Below, one piece after another: positions 27,044 to 36,024 of a stretch of 40,329 nt of DNA (position 1 is the stretch's first letter; each line of letters begins with the position of its first letter). A program made the translations under genes and the position numbers. The stretch spans positions 1 through 40,329 of the forward strand of contig JANPDO010000057.1 of the NCBI GenBank assembly GCA_031431535.1, written 5' to 3'. Source of the DNA: Chloroflexota bacterium (GTDB taxonomy: Bacteria; Chloroflexota; Limnocylindria; Limnocylindrales; CSP1-4). The notes under the pieces were generated by a model, which worked only from the letters and a program-made list of their open reading frames with translations, did not search any database and had not been told where the DNA came from.

Positions 27044-27687
27044 CGCGGTTCCTCGCGCGGCTTGGCTGGGGCGGCATCCGCTACGGCGTCCGCCGCTCGT
27101 TCGATCGCCAGCGCCTGGCGGAGATTCTCTCGTGCCCGGGTCAGCAATGCCCGGGCGGCCACGTGACTGACACCCAGCGCGGCCGCCAGCTCGACGCCGG
27201 ACAGGTCGTGCAGCTCGGCCAGCAACAGCGCCGCCCGCTGGCGCTCGGGGATCCGGGCTAGCGCCCGCTGCAGGTCGCCCGACAGATGCGCATCCATGAC
27301 GAGGCGCTCGGCCGACGGTGAAGACCCTGGCGATTCGCCGGTCCACGGCAGGAACCGGATGATCTTGCGCCGGCGAATCTCGTCAAGAGCGACCCGATGT
27401 GCGATCTGGTAGAGCCAGGCCCGCGCGTTCTCGGGCCGCTCGAGCGTGTCGTAGTTGCGATAGGCCTTGATGAACGCATCCTGGGTCAGATCGGCGGCCA
27501 GCTCGGGTTCGCGCAGCATCCGGAGCAGGTAGGCATAGATCTCTCCGTGGTGCCGCCCGAACAATGTCTCGACAAAGATCGCCGCCTGGTCCTGATCCCA
27601 GACGCCGCTCATGGCGAGGCCCTGCGCCATCGATGCGGCGCGGCGCTGCTGTTCGCGGAGGTTGTCGAACGTACTGGCGTCGGCCAC
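27040..27687 (-). CDS. ECF-type RNA polymerase sigma-70 family factor
   Basis: Region 2 (DLTQDAFIKAYRNYDTLERPENARAWLYQIAHRVALDEIRRRK) and region 4 (LAELHDLSGVELAAALGVSHVAARALLTRAREN). The GTG at 27687 has GGAG 6 nt upstream. ATG codons at 27630 and 27612 are alternative starts without an SD. Confidence 0.85.
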   Translation of the reverse strand: MADASTFDNLREQQRRAASMAQGLAMSGVWDQDQAAIFVETLFGRHHGEIYAYLLRMLREPELAADLTQDAFIKAYRNYDTLERPENARAWLYQIAHRVALDEIRRRKIIRFLPWTGESPGSSPSAERLVMDAHLSGDLQRALARIPERQRAALLLAELHDLSGVELAAALGVSHVAARALLTRARENLRQALAIERAADAVADAAPAKPREEPR

Positions 27688-27808
27688 GGAAACTCCGAGT
27701 GGACGGATACGCGGAGAAGGGTCGCGGCATCGGGGTGCGCCCTTGTCGGCCCAAAGACGACGCGCCTCCCCTCCTTGTGACGCCGGGCGGGCGCCGGCCA
27801 CGGGCAAC

Positions 27809-28807
27809 TCAACCGGTCCCGCCGCCCGTCGACTCGGCGCGGGCCAGCAGTTCCTCGACGGCATCCTCCGGCGAGACCGGATTGACCGGCAGGCCGGTGC
27901 CCAACTCCAGGCCCGCAATCTCGCGAAGTCGCGGATGGACCTCCCAGTGCCAGTGGTAGGTCACATCGACCTGCTCGCGCAGTGGGGCGCTGTGGAGGAC
28001 CAGGTTGTACGGCGGACCGTCGGGGGTCGCGGCGGGCCACGACAGCACCAGGCGCAGTTCCACTGCGGTTGGCGCGATATACGGGCAGCCGGACCCCCCG
28101 AAAAAGGCCAGGTGGACCCGCGGCACGATCCAGACCTCAAACGTGGAGCGCGACGCATATGGCGCGAAGGCCACGCTTGCGGCGTCCTCCCACACCAGCC
28201 GCTGCGGACGCCGCGTTTCCTCGCGAACCAGCCGGCAAAACGGGCACTCCCCCTCGCGGATCAGGAATCGCGCCGCACCGCCCATCTCCTCGGCGATGCG
28301 ATGCGGGATCTGGGGCAGGTCGTAGAGGTCCAGGCACAGGTGGTTCGTCCGTGCGCCCGCCTGCGCGCCCCAGTTCTGGACGACCTGGAGATAGTCCGTC
28401 TGCCCGGCACTTCGGGCTGTGGCCAGTGCGTCGCGCGCGTGGGCGAGCAAGGTCTCGATAAGGTCGTTGCCGACGGCGTGCAGGGCCCGATGCTCGTTTG
28501 GCGGGGCGAGGATCGTCAGCCAGCTGCCCGCGGCCCGGGCCTCCGCCATGTTCACCTGGGCGATGCCGCGGTCCAGCTGGCGAGCATCCTCGCCGGTCCC
28601 GACGACATGGAACGCAAAGTCCTTGAGGGTTCTGACCCGAACGCCATCGCCGTCGGGTGTCGAGCAATTGACGCACCCGAACAGGCGATCGTCAACCAGC
28701 TCGGCTGCCCGCGCGAAGCGGCCACGATCAAAGGCTCGATCGACGACGGTTGCCACCCACCAGCCGGTGATCGGGTCCTTGCGGAGCTCAAACAGCCCGG
28801 CGGCCAT
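27809..28807 (-). CDS. Galactose-1-phosphate uridylyltransferase (GalT)-family / HIT-superfamily nucleotidyltransferase-like protein
   Basis: 332 aa. Starts FELRKDPITGWWV, has Cys pairs (CVNC, CPFC) typical of the GalT zinc site, and a histidine motif YHWHWEVHPRL in the second half-domain. Confidence 0.7.
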   Translation of the reverse strand: MAAGLFELRKDPITGWWVATVVDRAFDRGRFARAAELVDDRLFGCVNCSTPDGDGVRVRTLKDFAFHVVGTGEDARQLDRGIAQVNMAEARAAGSWLTILAPPNEHRALHAVGNDLIETLLAHARDALATARSAGQTDYLQVVQNWGAQAGARTNHLCLDLYDLPQIPHRIAEEMGGAARFLIREGECPFCRLVREETRRPQRLVWEDAASVAFAPYASRSTFEVWIVPRVHLAFFGGSGCPYIAPTAVELRLVLSWPAATPDGPPYNLVLHSAPLREQVDVTYHWHWEVHPRLREIAGLELGTGLPVNPVSPEDAVEELLARAESTGGGTG

Positions 28808-28812
28808 CGTCG

Positions 28813-29541
28813 TCAGGCGCCGTCAAGCGGCGCGCCGATGGCCGCCGCGAACGCGCGCGCGAAGATGGCAGCCGCGGCCTGCACGGATTCGGTGCCGGGC
28901 GCCGTCAGTTGCTCGCCTCGCTCGTGGGCAATCGATGTCGACATCACGCCCGGCAGGCCACAGGCATCGATCAGATCGAAGTCGCGCAGGTCCACAGTCA
29001 CGTTGAGGGCGATCCCGTGATACGTCACGCCCCGCTCGACACGCAGCCCAAGTGCCCCGATCTTGCGCGGCGCCGAACCGTCTGCGTCGCACCAACAACC
29101 CGGGTGACCATCACGCCTGGCGGCTTCGACGCCAAGCTCGGCGCAGGTCGAGATCAGGGCCGCCTCGAGGGCTCGCACAAACGGGCGGATCATCAAGCCG
29201 CGCCGTGCCAGCGCGACGATCGGGTAGACCACCAATTGCCCGGGCCCGTGGTAGGTGACCTCGCCGCCGCGCTCCACCTGGATCACGTCGATGGCGCGGG
29301 CGCGGAGCTCGTGAGAGGACGCCAGGATGTGTGTCGGGTCGGCATTCCGACCGAGCGTCAGGACGGCCGGGTGCTCCAGCAGCAGCAGTTGATCGCGGAT
29401 CGCGCCGCTGGCGCGATCAGCGACCAGGCGTTTCTGGAGCGTGTGCGCCTCCCGGTAGTCGATCCGCCCGAGCCAGCGCGCCTCGATTGGCACGGGCGCG
29501 TGGCGCGGCTCGCGCTCGGGAGCGAGGAGATCGATGGCCAC
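28813..29541 (-). CDS. lipB: Lipoyl(octanoyl) transferase
   Basis: Motifs RIDYREAHTLQKRL, LLLLEHPAVLTLGR, VERGGEVTYHGPGQLVVYPI, KIGALGLRV. GTG start at 29541; the start is not strongly supported. Confidence 0.85.
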   Translation of the reverse strand: MAIDLLAPEREPRHAPVPIEARWLGRIDYREAHTLQKRLVADRASGAIRDQLLLLEHPAVLTLGRNADPTHILASSHELRARAIDVIQVERGGEVTYHGPGQLVVYPIVALARRGLMIRPFVRALEAALISTCAELGVEAARRDGHPGCWCDADGSAPRKIGALGLRVERGVTYHGIALNVTVDLRDFDLIDACGLPGVMSTSIAHERGEQLTAPGTESVQAAAAIFARAFAAAIGAPLDGA

Positions 29542-29577
29542 CGTCGCACGATAGCAGGACCCGCCACGCGGGCCGTT

Positions 29578-30057
29578 TCAGGCCGCCGGCAGGTCGGCCT
29601 CGATTCGCGCGACCGCATCGTACGGCTCAAAGATCAAGCCGCCGCCGGTGAATCGCCGAACGCGGTGGAATTCGAGGGCGTACTGGGCATACGATTCGAA
29701 GGTCAGGCCAACGGCCTCGACATGCGCCGGGCGACCGGCCGCGGCGCGCGCCTCGGCCCGACTATTCCAGAGGCAGAACGACAGGCACTCGCCGGCCGCA
29801 CTGGTTGGGCCCTTGAAGTAGTGCACAAACCCGGGAGCGACCATGGCCTCGGCGTGCGCGAAGTCGTCGTAGGTCGTCAAGCGCGCCTCGTCAGCGCCTG
29901 GCCGACGGGTGGAGCGAAACGCGACCATGTACCACTCCCCGGGCGGCACATCGGCGAGACACTCGCTCCAGGTGAAGGCCTCAGCGATGGGCAGCGTCGC
30001 ATAACGGTCGGAGACCGCGGCCAGTCGCTCGAACGGCGAGTGCGCGTGGGCAGTCAT
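29578..30057 (-). CDS. Hypothetical ferredoxin-fold (ABM/Dabb-like) protein
   Basis: ATG at 30057 within track ORF 29578..30099. GFVHYFKG...CLSFCLWNSRAEARAAAGRPAHVEAV resembles antibiotic-biosynthesis-monooxygenase / DUF-type dimeric alpha-beta barrel proteins. Tentative call. Confidence 0.45.
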   Translation of the reverse strand: MTAHAHSPFERLAAVSDRYATLPIAEAFTWSECLADVPPGEWYMVAFRSTRRPGADEARLTTYDDFAHAEAMVAPGFVHYFKGPTSAAGECLSFCLWNSRAEARAAAGRPAHVEAVGLTFESYAQYALEFHRVRRFTGGGLIFEPYDAVARIEADLPAA

Positions 30058-30141
30058 GGCTGTGCAGCATAGCCAACCTGAGCATTGATTGCCACACAAT
30101 GAGAGCAGTGTCCGCCAACGGGCGAGAAAGAAGTCCCAGGC

Positions 30142-30921
30142 TCACGTGGATCGATCGTCGGCAAGTGCCGCGTTGATCGCCTGGGCGGCGGCTGGCACCA
30201 GCCTGGCGGCCCGCTCCCGCCACGCTGCCCCGCAACGAAACGCGGGGCCCAGCAAGGCAATGGCTCCGACGATGCCGTCGGCCCGGAAGATCGGGGCGGC
30301 CACCGCGATGGATCCTTCGATCAACTCGCCCTCGCTGGTGGCCAAGCCGGCCATGACGACCGCTGCGAGAGCGTCACGCAGGACACGTTCGGTCGGCGCA
30401 CTTGACGCGGCGCGACTCCAGTCCTGGGCGATGACCTCGTCCAGCACTTCGGCCGGGGCAAACGCGAGGAGGACCCGACCCGGCGCCCCGGCATGAAGCG
30501 GCAGCATCGCCCCGGGATCAAGCCTGACCCGCAGCGGGGCGTCGCTCTCGACCTGGTGGAGACAGACGCACGAGAGCCCGATCCGGCGAACCACGACCGC
30601 CGACTCACCGGTCTCCTCGACAATCATCCGCAGCACAGGATCGGAATGGCGAATCAGGCGCTCGCTGCTGACGTTGGCGCCGGTCCCGATCAGCAGCCTG
30701 GGTCCCAGGCGGAACTGCGGGCCATGTCGATCCACAAAGCCGAAGTCCCCCAGCGTCCGGAGGTAGCGGTAGACGGTGGAGAGCGGCATGTTGAGCGCGG
30801 AACTGAGCTCGTCAGCGCGAACTTCACCCCGATCGGCGACCGTGAGGAGCAGCCGCAGCCCGCGGGCAAGGGACGTATCCTCGGCCGCCTCCTCCGGCGG
30901 GTGATCACGAGCGGTCGTCAC
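30142..30921 (-). CDS. IclR-family transcriptional regulator
   Basis: The GTG at 30921 forms a GTGA overlap with the copA stop (30918-30920). Winged HTH ([46 protein letters not shown]) plus an IclR effector domain ([14 protein letters not shown]...[10 protein letters not shown]). Confidence 0.8.
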   Translation of the reverse strand: MTTARDHPPEEAAEDTSLARGLRLLLTVADRGEVRADELSSALNMPLSTVYRYLRTLGDFGFVDRHGPQFRLGPRLLIGTGANVSSERLIRHSDPVLRMIVEETGESAVVVRRIGLSCVCLHQVESDAPLRVRLDPGAMLPLHAGAPGRVLLAFAPAEVLDEVIAQDWSRAASSAPTERVLRDALAAVVMAGLATSEGELIEGSIAVAAPIFRADGIVGAIALLGPAFRCGAAWRERAARLVPAAAQAINAALADDRST

Positions 30922-33236
30922 GCTCGGGAACCGCTCGATCGCAGGCGCAGGGAGTTCGTCACCACCGAGACCGAGGATAGGGCCATCGCGAGCGCCGCCA
31001 GGGCAGGGTTGAGCGTCCATCCGGTGAAGGGATAGAGCACGCCCATCGCGACCGGGATCAGCAGGACGTTGTAGCCAAAGGCCCAAAACAGGTTCTGCTG
31101 GATGGTCAGCAGCGTCGCCCTCGACAGACCGATCGCCGAGGCGACCAGCCGAGGATCTCCGCCGACAAGCGTGATGTCGGAGGCTTCGATCGCCACGTCC
31201 GCCCCGGTCCCGATGGCCACGCCGAGATCCGCCTGGGCGAGCGCCGGGGCATCGTTGATCCCGTCGCCCACCATGGCGACCCGCCGCCCTTCGCCCTGGA
31301 GACGCTCGATCAGCGCGGCCTTGTCCCCCGGCAGCACCTCCGCGATCACCCGATCCGCCCGGATGCCAACCTGGCGCGCCACCGATTCGGCGGTCACACG
31401 CGCGTCGCCGGTCAGCAGCCAGACATTCATGCCCATCGACTCCAGGGCTCGGATCGCCTCGGCCGCGCCAGGCTTGATCGGATCGGCGATCGCGATGAGG
31501 CCCGCGAGACGTCCGTCCATCGCGACGTACGAGATCGTTGCGCCGTCGGCCGCGTGTCGGGCCGCGTCCGCCTCGAGCGTGGTGGGGTCGATGCCCCGCT
31601 CATGGAGGAGTCGACGGTTCCCGATCAGGACCTCGACCCCGTCGAGGGTGCCTCGGACCCCCAGGCCGGCGACGGCCTCAAACCCATCGACCACCCGGAA
31701 GCCAAGTTCGCGTTGGCGCGCGAAGGCGACCACGGCCCGACCGAGCGGATGTTCCGAGTTGCGCTCCAGCGAGCCGACGATATCGAGCAGCTCACCGGAG
31801 TCGAAGCCGGCTGCAGCGACGATCTCGGCCACGACCGGCCGTCCGAGCGTCAGCGTGCCGGTCTTGTCGAGGACGACGGTGTCCAGCCGCCCGGCTGCCT
31901 CCAGCGCCTCGCCGCCGCGGATCAGGATCCCCGATTCCGCACCCCGCCCGGTCCCGACGATGATCGCCGTCGGGGTGGCCAGACCCATCGCGCACGGGCA
32001 GGCGATGATGACCACGCCAATGAACGCCGTGAGCGCCAGGGTGAGCCGTGGTTCCGGCCCGAACGTGAACCAGGCCACGAACGCGACGGTCGCCAGGGCG
32101 ATGACGGCCGGCACGAAGATCTCGGCGATTCGGTCGGTCATGGCCTGGATCGGCGCCTTGGAGCCCTGCGCCCGCTGGACCATGGCGACGATGTTGGCGA
32201 GCGCGGTGTCCCGGCCGACCCGTGTCGCACGCATGACGAACGAACCGGTGGTGTTCAGGGTCGCCCCGATGACCTCGTCGCCAGGACGCCTGGTCGCCGG
32301 GATGGGCTCGCCGGTCAGCATCGACTCATCCACCGCCGACACGCCTTCGACGAGCACCCCGTCGACCGGGACCTTCTCGCCCGGTCGAACCCGCAGCAGG
32401 TCTCCTGGCTGGACCAGGGCGAGCTCGATCTCGACCTCCTCGCCATCGCGGACCAGACGCGCCGTCTTCGCCTGGAGCCCGACGAGTCGACGGATGGCGC
32501 CGCTGGTCCGACCCTTCGCGCGGGCTTCGAGCCATCGCCCGAGCAGGATCAGGCCGATGATGATGGCCGATGAGTCGAAGTAGCTCTCGGGTTGGAGGCC
32601 GGCCTCCATCACGACATCCGGGTACATCGTCACGAATACGCTGTAGGCCCACGCGGCGCTCGTGCCCAGGGCGACGAGGGTGTCCATCGTCGCGCCGCCG
32701 TGGCGACCGGCCTTCCATGCAGCCCGATAGAAACGACCGCCGGCCCAGAACTGGATGAAGGTGGCCGGCCACAGGACGAGCCGGTTGAGGTCCTCCATGG
32801 CGACGACGGTCTGGGGCCAGAACAGGAGCGCCATGAACGTCAGGGCGGCCGCAATCGAAACGAGGGACTGGATGAGCAGCCGGCCCTGCGCGCGTTCCCG
32901 CTCAACGTCCTCGGCCGAAACCTCGGACTCGAAATCGGCGACCCCCTCGCCCTCGCGCCTGACCGGTTCGGCCTTGACGTCGTAGCCGGCTGCCTCAATG
33001 GCACCCACCAGCTCCGCCCGGCCTGCGAGGGTCGGGTGGAAGGTGATCGTGGCACGCTCCGTCGCGAGGTTGACCGCCGCCTCCTCAACCCCGGGGGTCT
33101 TGCGCAGGAACCGCTCGATCCGGTTGACGCACGACGCGCAGGTCATGCCCTCGATCGGCAGGACGATCTCGATCGGCCCGGTGGCCGCGAGCGGGTCATG
33201 ACCGGACCTGGGTCTGCTGGTAGTGGGCGTCATCAC
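30918..33236 (-). CDS. copA: Copper-translocating P1B-type ATPase
   Basis: One HMA domain ([15 protein letters not shown]), the [10 protein letters not shown] transmembrane metal site, the DKTGTLT phosphorylation site, and [13 protein letters not shown] at 33236 is immediately followed by an ATG at 33233; either could be the start. Confidence 0.9.
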   Translation of the reverse strand: MMTPTTSRPRSGHDPLAATGPIEIVLPIEGMTCASCVNRIERFLRKTPGVEEAAVNLATERATITFHPTLAGRAELVGAIEAAGYDVKAEPVRREGEGVADFESEVSAEDVERERAQGRLLIQSLVSIAAALTFMALLFWPQTVVAMEDLNRLVLWPATFIQFWAGGRFYRAAWKAGRHGGATMDTLVALGTSAAWAYSVFVTMYPDVVMEAGLQPESYFDSSAIIIGLILLGRWLEARAKGRTSGAIRRLVGLQAKTARLVRDGEEVEIELALVQPGDLLRVRPGEKVPVDGVLVEGVSAVDESMLTGEPIPATRRPGDEVIGATLNTTGSFVMRATRVGRDTALANIVAMVQRAQGSKAPIQAMTDRIAEIFVPAVIALATVAFVAWFTFGPEPRLTLALTAFIGVVIIACPCAMGLATPTAIIVGTGRGAESGILIRGGEALEAAGRLDTVVLDKTGTLTLGRPVVAEIVAAAGFDSGELLDIVGSLERNSEHPLGRAVVAFARQRELGFRVVDGFEAVAGLGVRGTLDGVEVLIGNRRLLHERGIDPTTLEADAARHAADGATISYVAMDGRLAGLIAIADPIKPGAAEAIRALESMGMNVWLLTGDARVTAESVARQVGIRADRVIAEVLPGDKAALIERLQGEGRRVAMVGDGINDAPALAQADLGVAIGTGADVAIEASDITLVGGDPRLVASAIGLSRATLLTIQQNLFWAFGYNVLLIPVAMGVLYPFTGWTLNPALAALAMALSSVSVVTNSLRLRSSGSRA

Positions 33237-33271
33237 GTCGTTCTCGTGCGGTAGCGTGCCGAAGATGGGAG

Positions 33272-33288
33272 ATACTCATAGGGAGTAT
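33272..33288. promoter_or_regulatory. Perfect 6-5-6 palindrome ATACTC-ATAGG-GAGTAT upstream of copA (candidate operator)
   Basis: Read directly. It sits 36 nt upstream of the copA start in a locally AT-richer patch. Its form resembles CsoR-type ATAC..(C/G-rich)..GTAT operators, but the binding protein is unknown. Confidence 0.4.
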
Positions 33289-33355
33289 AGCCCGCCGCCC
33301 ATCTGGACGGGCTGGCGCGGGCTTCCTTGCAGTGGATTTGGGCATTGCAACGGGG

Positions 33356-33757
33356 TTATCGCGTCGGCGGCAACCGGATCGCACAGCGCGGTCCGTGGGC
33401 GCGCTGGACACGTTTATCGAGCGTGACCAGCGGAGCATCCAGCGCCTCGGCGAGCGCGACATACCAGGCGTCGTAGGCCGTCAGATTGTTGCGCAGCTCC
33501 CACACTCGTCCGGCCTGCGGCTCGTACGGGAAGAACTCCACGCGCAGCTGCAGAAGATCATCGTGAGCCAGGGCAGCTTCCTCGGCCGACAGGTCACCGG
33601 CGAGAACGGCACGCCGCAGCACATTCGCCACTTCAACGGGCATGAGATGCGGGGCGGCGAGTTGGTCTCGTGCGATCTCCGCGGCTGCCCATCGGCCGTC
33701 CGTTCCTGCGTCCACCAGGGCGGCGACAACCGCGCTGGCATCGACCACGAGGGTCAA
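33356..33757 (-). CDS. vapC: PIN-domain toxin VapC (second copy, unrelated in sequence to the first)
   Basis: 133 aa. MTLVVDASAVVAAL..., AYDAWYVALAEAL, LVTLDKR are the PIN acidic residues in their usual context. 4-nt overlap with the upstream antitoxin. Confidence 0.85.
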   Translation of the reverse strand: MTLVVDASAVVAALVDAGTDGRWAAAEIARDQLAAPHLMPVEVANVLRRAVLAGDLSAEEAALAHDDLLQLRVEFFPYEPQAGRVWELRNNLTAYDAWYVALAEALDAPLVTLDKRVQRAHGPRCAIRLPPTR

Positions 33758-33987
33758 CGTCGGTCGGCGGCGAGGTGATCCAGGATTGTGGTTGCCGACA
33801 ACGTCGAGCCCGCCGCGCTGGCGCGCGAGCGGGCGCGTGCCAGGACCTCTTCGACAGAGGGTTTGCGCGCCAACTCAGTCAGCTCCGCCAGTACGTGCGC
33901 CTGGAGCGATCGGCCGGAGCGGGCGGCGCGGGCGGCGAGCTCGTCACGCACGTCGTCGGGCACGTTGCGAATGGTGATCGAGGTCAT
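33754..33987 (-). CDS. vapB: FitA/VapB-type (Arc/RHH-like) antitoxin
   Basis: ATG at 33987 inside track ORF 33754..34023. MTSITIRNVPDDVRDELAARAARSGRSLQAHVLAEL is the typical antitoxin N-terminus. GGAGG lies directly before the ATG, which is unusually close. Confidence 0.75.
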   Translation of the reverse strand: MTSITIRNVPDDVRDELAARAARSGRSLQAHVLAELTELARKPSVEEVLARARSRASAAGSTLSATTILDHLAADRR

Positions 33988-34143
33988 CCTCCGTAATCTA
34001 ACGCCGCTGCATGCAGAATGCAAGCATGCCGTGAACGCCCGTCAGGCGGACACGGGTCCCGATGCCCGGATCCGATCCAGCTTTTCGCGGGTGCGTGCTG
34101 GTAGCCCGAGGTCGCGGTGTCGTTACAATGGCGGTGCTCCCGA

Positions 34144-34219
34144 GCGGGAGTAGCTCAGTTGGCAGAGCGTCTGCTTCCCAAGCAGAAGGTCGCGAGTTCG
34201 AACCTCGTCTCCCGCTCCA
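34144..34219 (+). tRNA. tRNA-Gly (anticodon CCC), CCA encoded
   Basis: Folded by hand: acceptor GCGGGAG/CTCCCGC, D arm GCTC-AGTTGGCA-GAGC, anticodon arm TCTGC-TTCCCAA-GCAGA, variable loop AGGTC, T arm GCGAG-TTCGAAC-CTCGT, discriminator T, CCA. 76 nt. TACAAT at 34124-34129 is a plausible -10 box. Confidence 0.9.
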
Positions 34220-34398
34220 CATCCGTTCGATGCGCGGCGCGAGACTCTGCCTGCGCTTGCGCCACCACGCTCGGTGTGACGGGCGGTCGGGCGCAGCAGG
34301 AAGCCACGATCACTCGGCCCCGCTGACCGCACCGGGGAGCGGCGCCATGGTCTGAGCGAGGGTCGGGTGGTCTGCTCAGTGGTCGCCACCTGGGGAGG

Positions 34399-36024
34399 CT
34401 ATCGGGATTCGGGCCCGTCGTGCGGGCCTTGGCTGCCGCGGACCGATGCGTACGCCTCGATCGCGCGGCGGCGGGCGTCGCGGTGATCGACGATCGGCGC
34501 AGGGTATTCGAGGCCAATCCGGCAGCGGGACGCAGTCTGGGCGGCGTCCGGCATTGTCCAGGGTGCCTGCAGGTACTCGACGGGGACACCGGCAAGCTCT
34601 GGCACCCAGCGCAGGACGTAGGCGCCATCGGGGTCGAAGCGGCGCCCCTGCGCCACGGGGTTAAAGACCCGGAAGTACGGCTGGGCATCGGTTCCGGTTG
34701 AGGCTGCCCACTGCCACCCGCCGTTGTTGCTCGCCGGATCGCCGTCGAGGAGATGGCGCATGAACCAGGCCTCCCCGACGCGCCAATCGACGAGCAGGTC
34801 CTTGGTCAGGAACGACGCGACGATCATCCGGGCGCGGTTGTGCATCCAGCCCGTCGCCGCGAGCTGGCGCATCGCTGCGTCGACGACTGGGAAGCCGGTC
34901 CGCCCGGCCCTCCATGCCGCGAGCGCCACCTCATCGTCGCGCCACGGGACGAGTTCGTACGCTCGCCTCGTCGCTCGGCGGGCCGATCCCGGGTCGTGCC
35001 ACAGGACGTGCGCGTAGAAGTCGCGCCAGGCGAGCTCGGCTATGAAGCTTTCGACTCCCGGTCCCGATCCCGCCGACACGACGCGGGTCACGACCTCGAC
35101 GGGCGAGAGCAGTCCCCAGCGCAGATCCTGACTGAGGCGGGAGGTCCCATCGGTCCCGAGGATGTCGCGGCCGCGCTGGTAGTCGAGCACGCGAGGTGGC
35201 CGGTCGCCGGCGGCCAGTGCCCAGCGCGCGAGGCGCAGTCGCGCAGCGGACTCGCCGGGGTCGGGTAGGAGCTCGTGATCGGCGGTCGGAGACGCGAGGC
35301 TCTCCACCTCCGCCGCGCCAACCCCGAACTCGCGGAGCGCCTTGGTCCAAGCCAGGATCCGGTCGTCGGCCGTGACCACCGTCGACCGGGCGCGAGCAGG
35401 GAATGGTTCGGTTGGGATGAATGCCGGCGCGGCGAGCGGCGTCCTGACCGACAGGGTCGACCACGCGCGGTGGAATGGGCCGAAGACCCGGTATGGAGTA
35501 CCGGACCGCGTCGCGAGATCCTCGGGTTCGTGAATGAGGTTGCCCTGTGCGGCGTGGAACTCGACCTCGGCCCGCCGGAGCGCCGCGGCAACCCGCTGGT
35601 CCCGCGCACGTCCGTAGGGGGCATAGTCGCGGCTCACGTGAACCGCGCTCGCGCCGACCTCCTCGGCGAATGCCGGTACGACCAGCTCGGGTGGCCCGAC
35701 CCGGACGACGAGGACCGATCCGGCCGCCTCGAGCGATGCCGCCAGCTCAGCGAGCGAAGCGAGCATGAACCAGGTCCGGTTCGGCGACCGCCATCGGCCG
35801 GTGATCAGGGCGGGATCGAGGACGAACAGGGGTGCGATGCGGTCGGCCCGCGCGAGGGCGTTGGCGAGTGCCGGGTGATCGTGCAGGCGGAGGTCGCGCC
35901 GGAACCAGAGGACAGCTGTCTGCGGGCTCGCGATCGCGGCACTCGTGGCCGGGCTCGCCCGGTGGTCACGCACCGTTGGGACCTCGCCGCCGGTCAGCCG
36001 CGACGGGCAACGTCCCCGCGTCAT
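34399..36024 (-). CDS. phr: Deoxyribodipyrimidine (CPD) photolyase
   Basis: 541 aa. Motifs LWFRRDLRLHDHPAL, TGFPVVDAAMRQLAATGWMHNRARMIVASFLTKDL, LLDGDPASNNGGWQWAASTG. The ATG at 36024 overlaps the upstream stop (ATGA). Confidence 0.9.
   Translation of the reverse strand: MTRGRCPSRLTGGEVPTVRDHRASPATSAAIASPQTAVLWFRRDLRLHDHPALANALARADRIAPLFVLDPALITGRWRSPNRTWFMLASLAELAASLEAAGSVLVVRVGPPELVVPAFAEEVGASAVHVSRDYAPYGRARDQRVAAALRRAEVEFHAAQGNLIHEPEDLATRSGTPYRVFGPFHRAWSTLSVRTPLAAPAFIPTEPFPARARSTVVTADDRILAWTKALREFGVGAAEVESLASPTADHELLPDPGESAARLRLARWALAAGDRPPRVLDYQRGRDILGTDGTSRLSQDLRWGLLSPVEVVTRVVSAGSGPGVESFIAELAWRDFYAHVLWHDPGSARRATRRAYELVPWRDDEVALAAWRAGRTGFPVVDAAMRQLAATGWMHNRARMIVASFLTKDLLVDWRVGEAWFMRHLLDGDPASNNGGWQWAASTGTDAQPYFRVFNPVAQGRRFDPDGAYVLRWVPELAGVPVEYLQAPWTMPDAAQTASRCRIGLEYPAPIVDHRDARRRAIEAYASVRGSQGPHDGPESR

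Noticed and set aside
31102-32583. 493-aa plus-strand ORF (and 339-aa ORF 31554..32573)
   Set aside because: Antisense to copA, whose P-type ATPase motifs are all intact. The products are Ser/Arg/Pro/Ala low-complexity.
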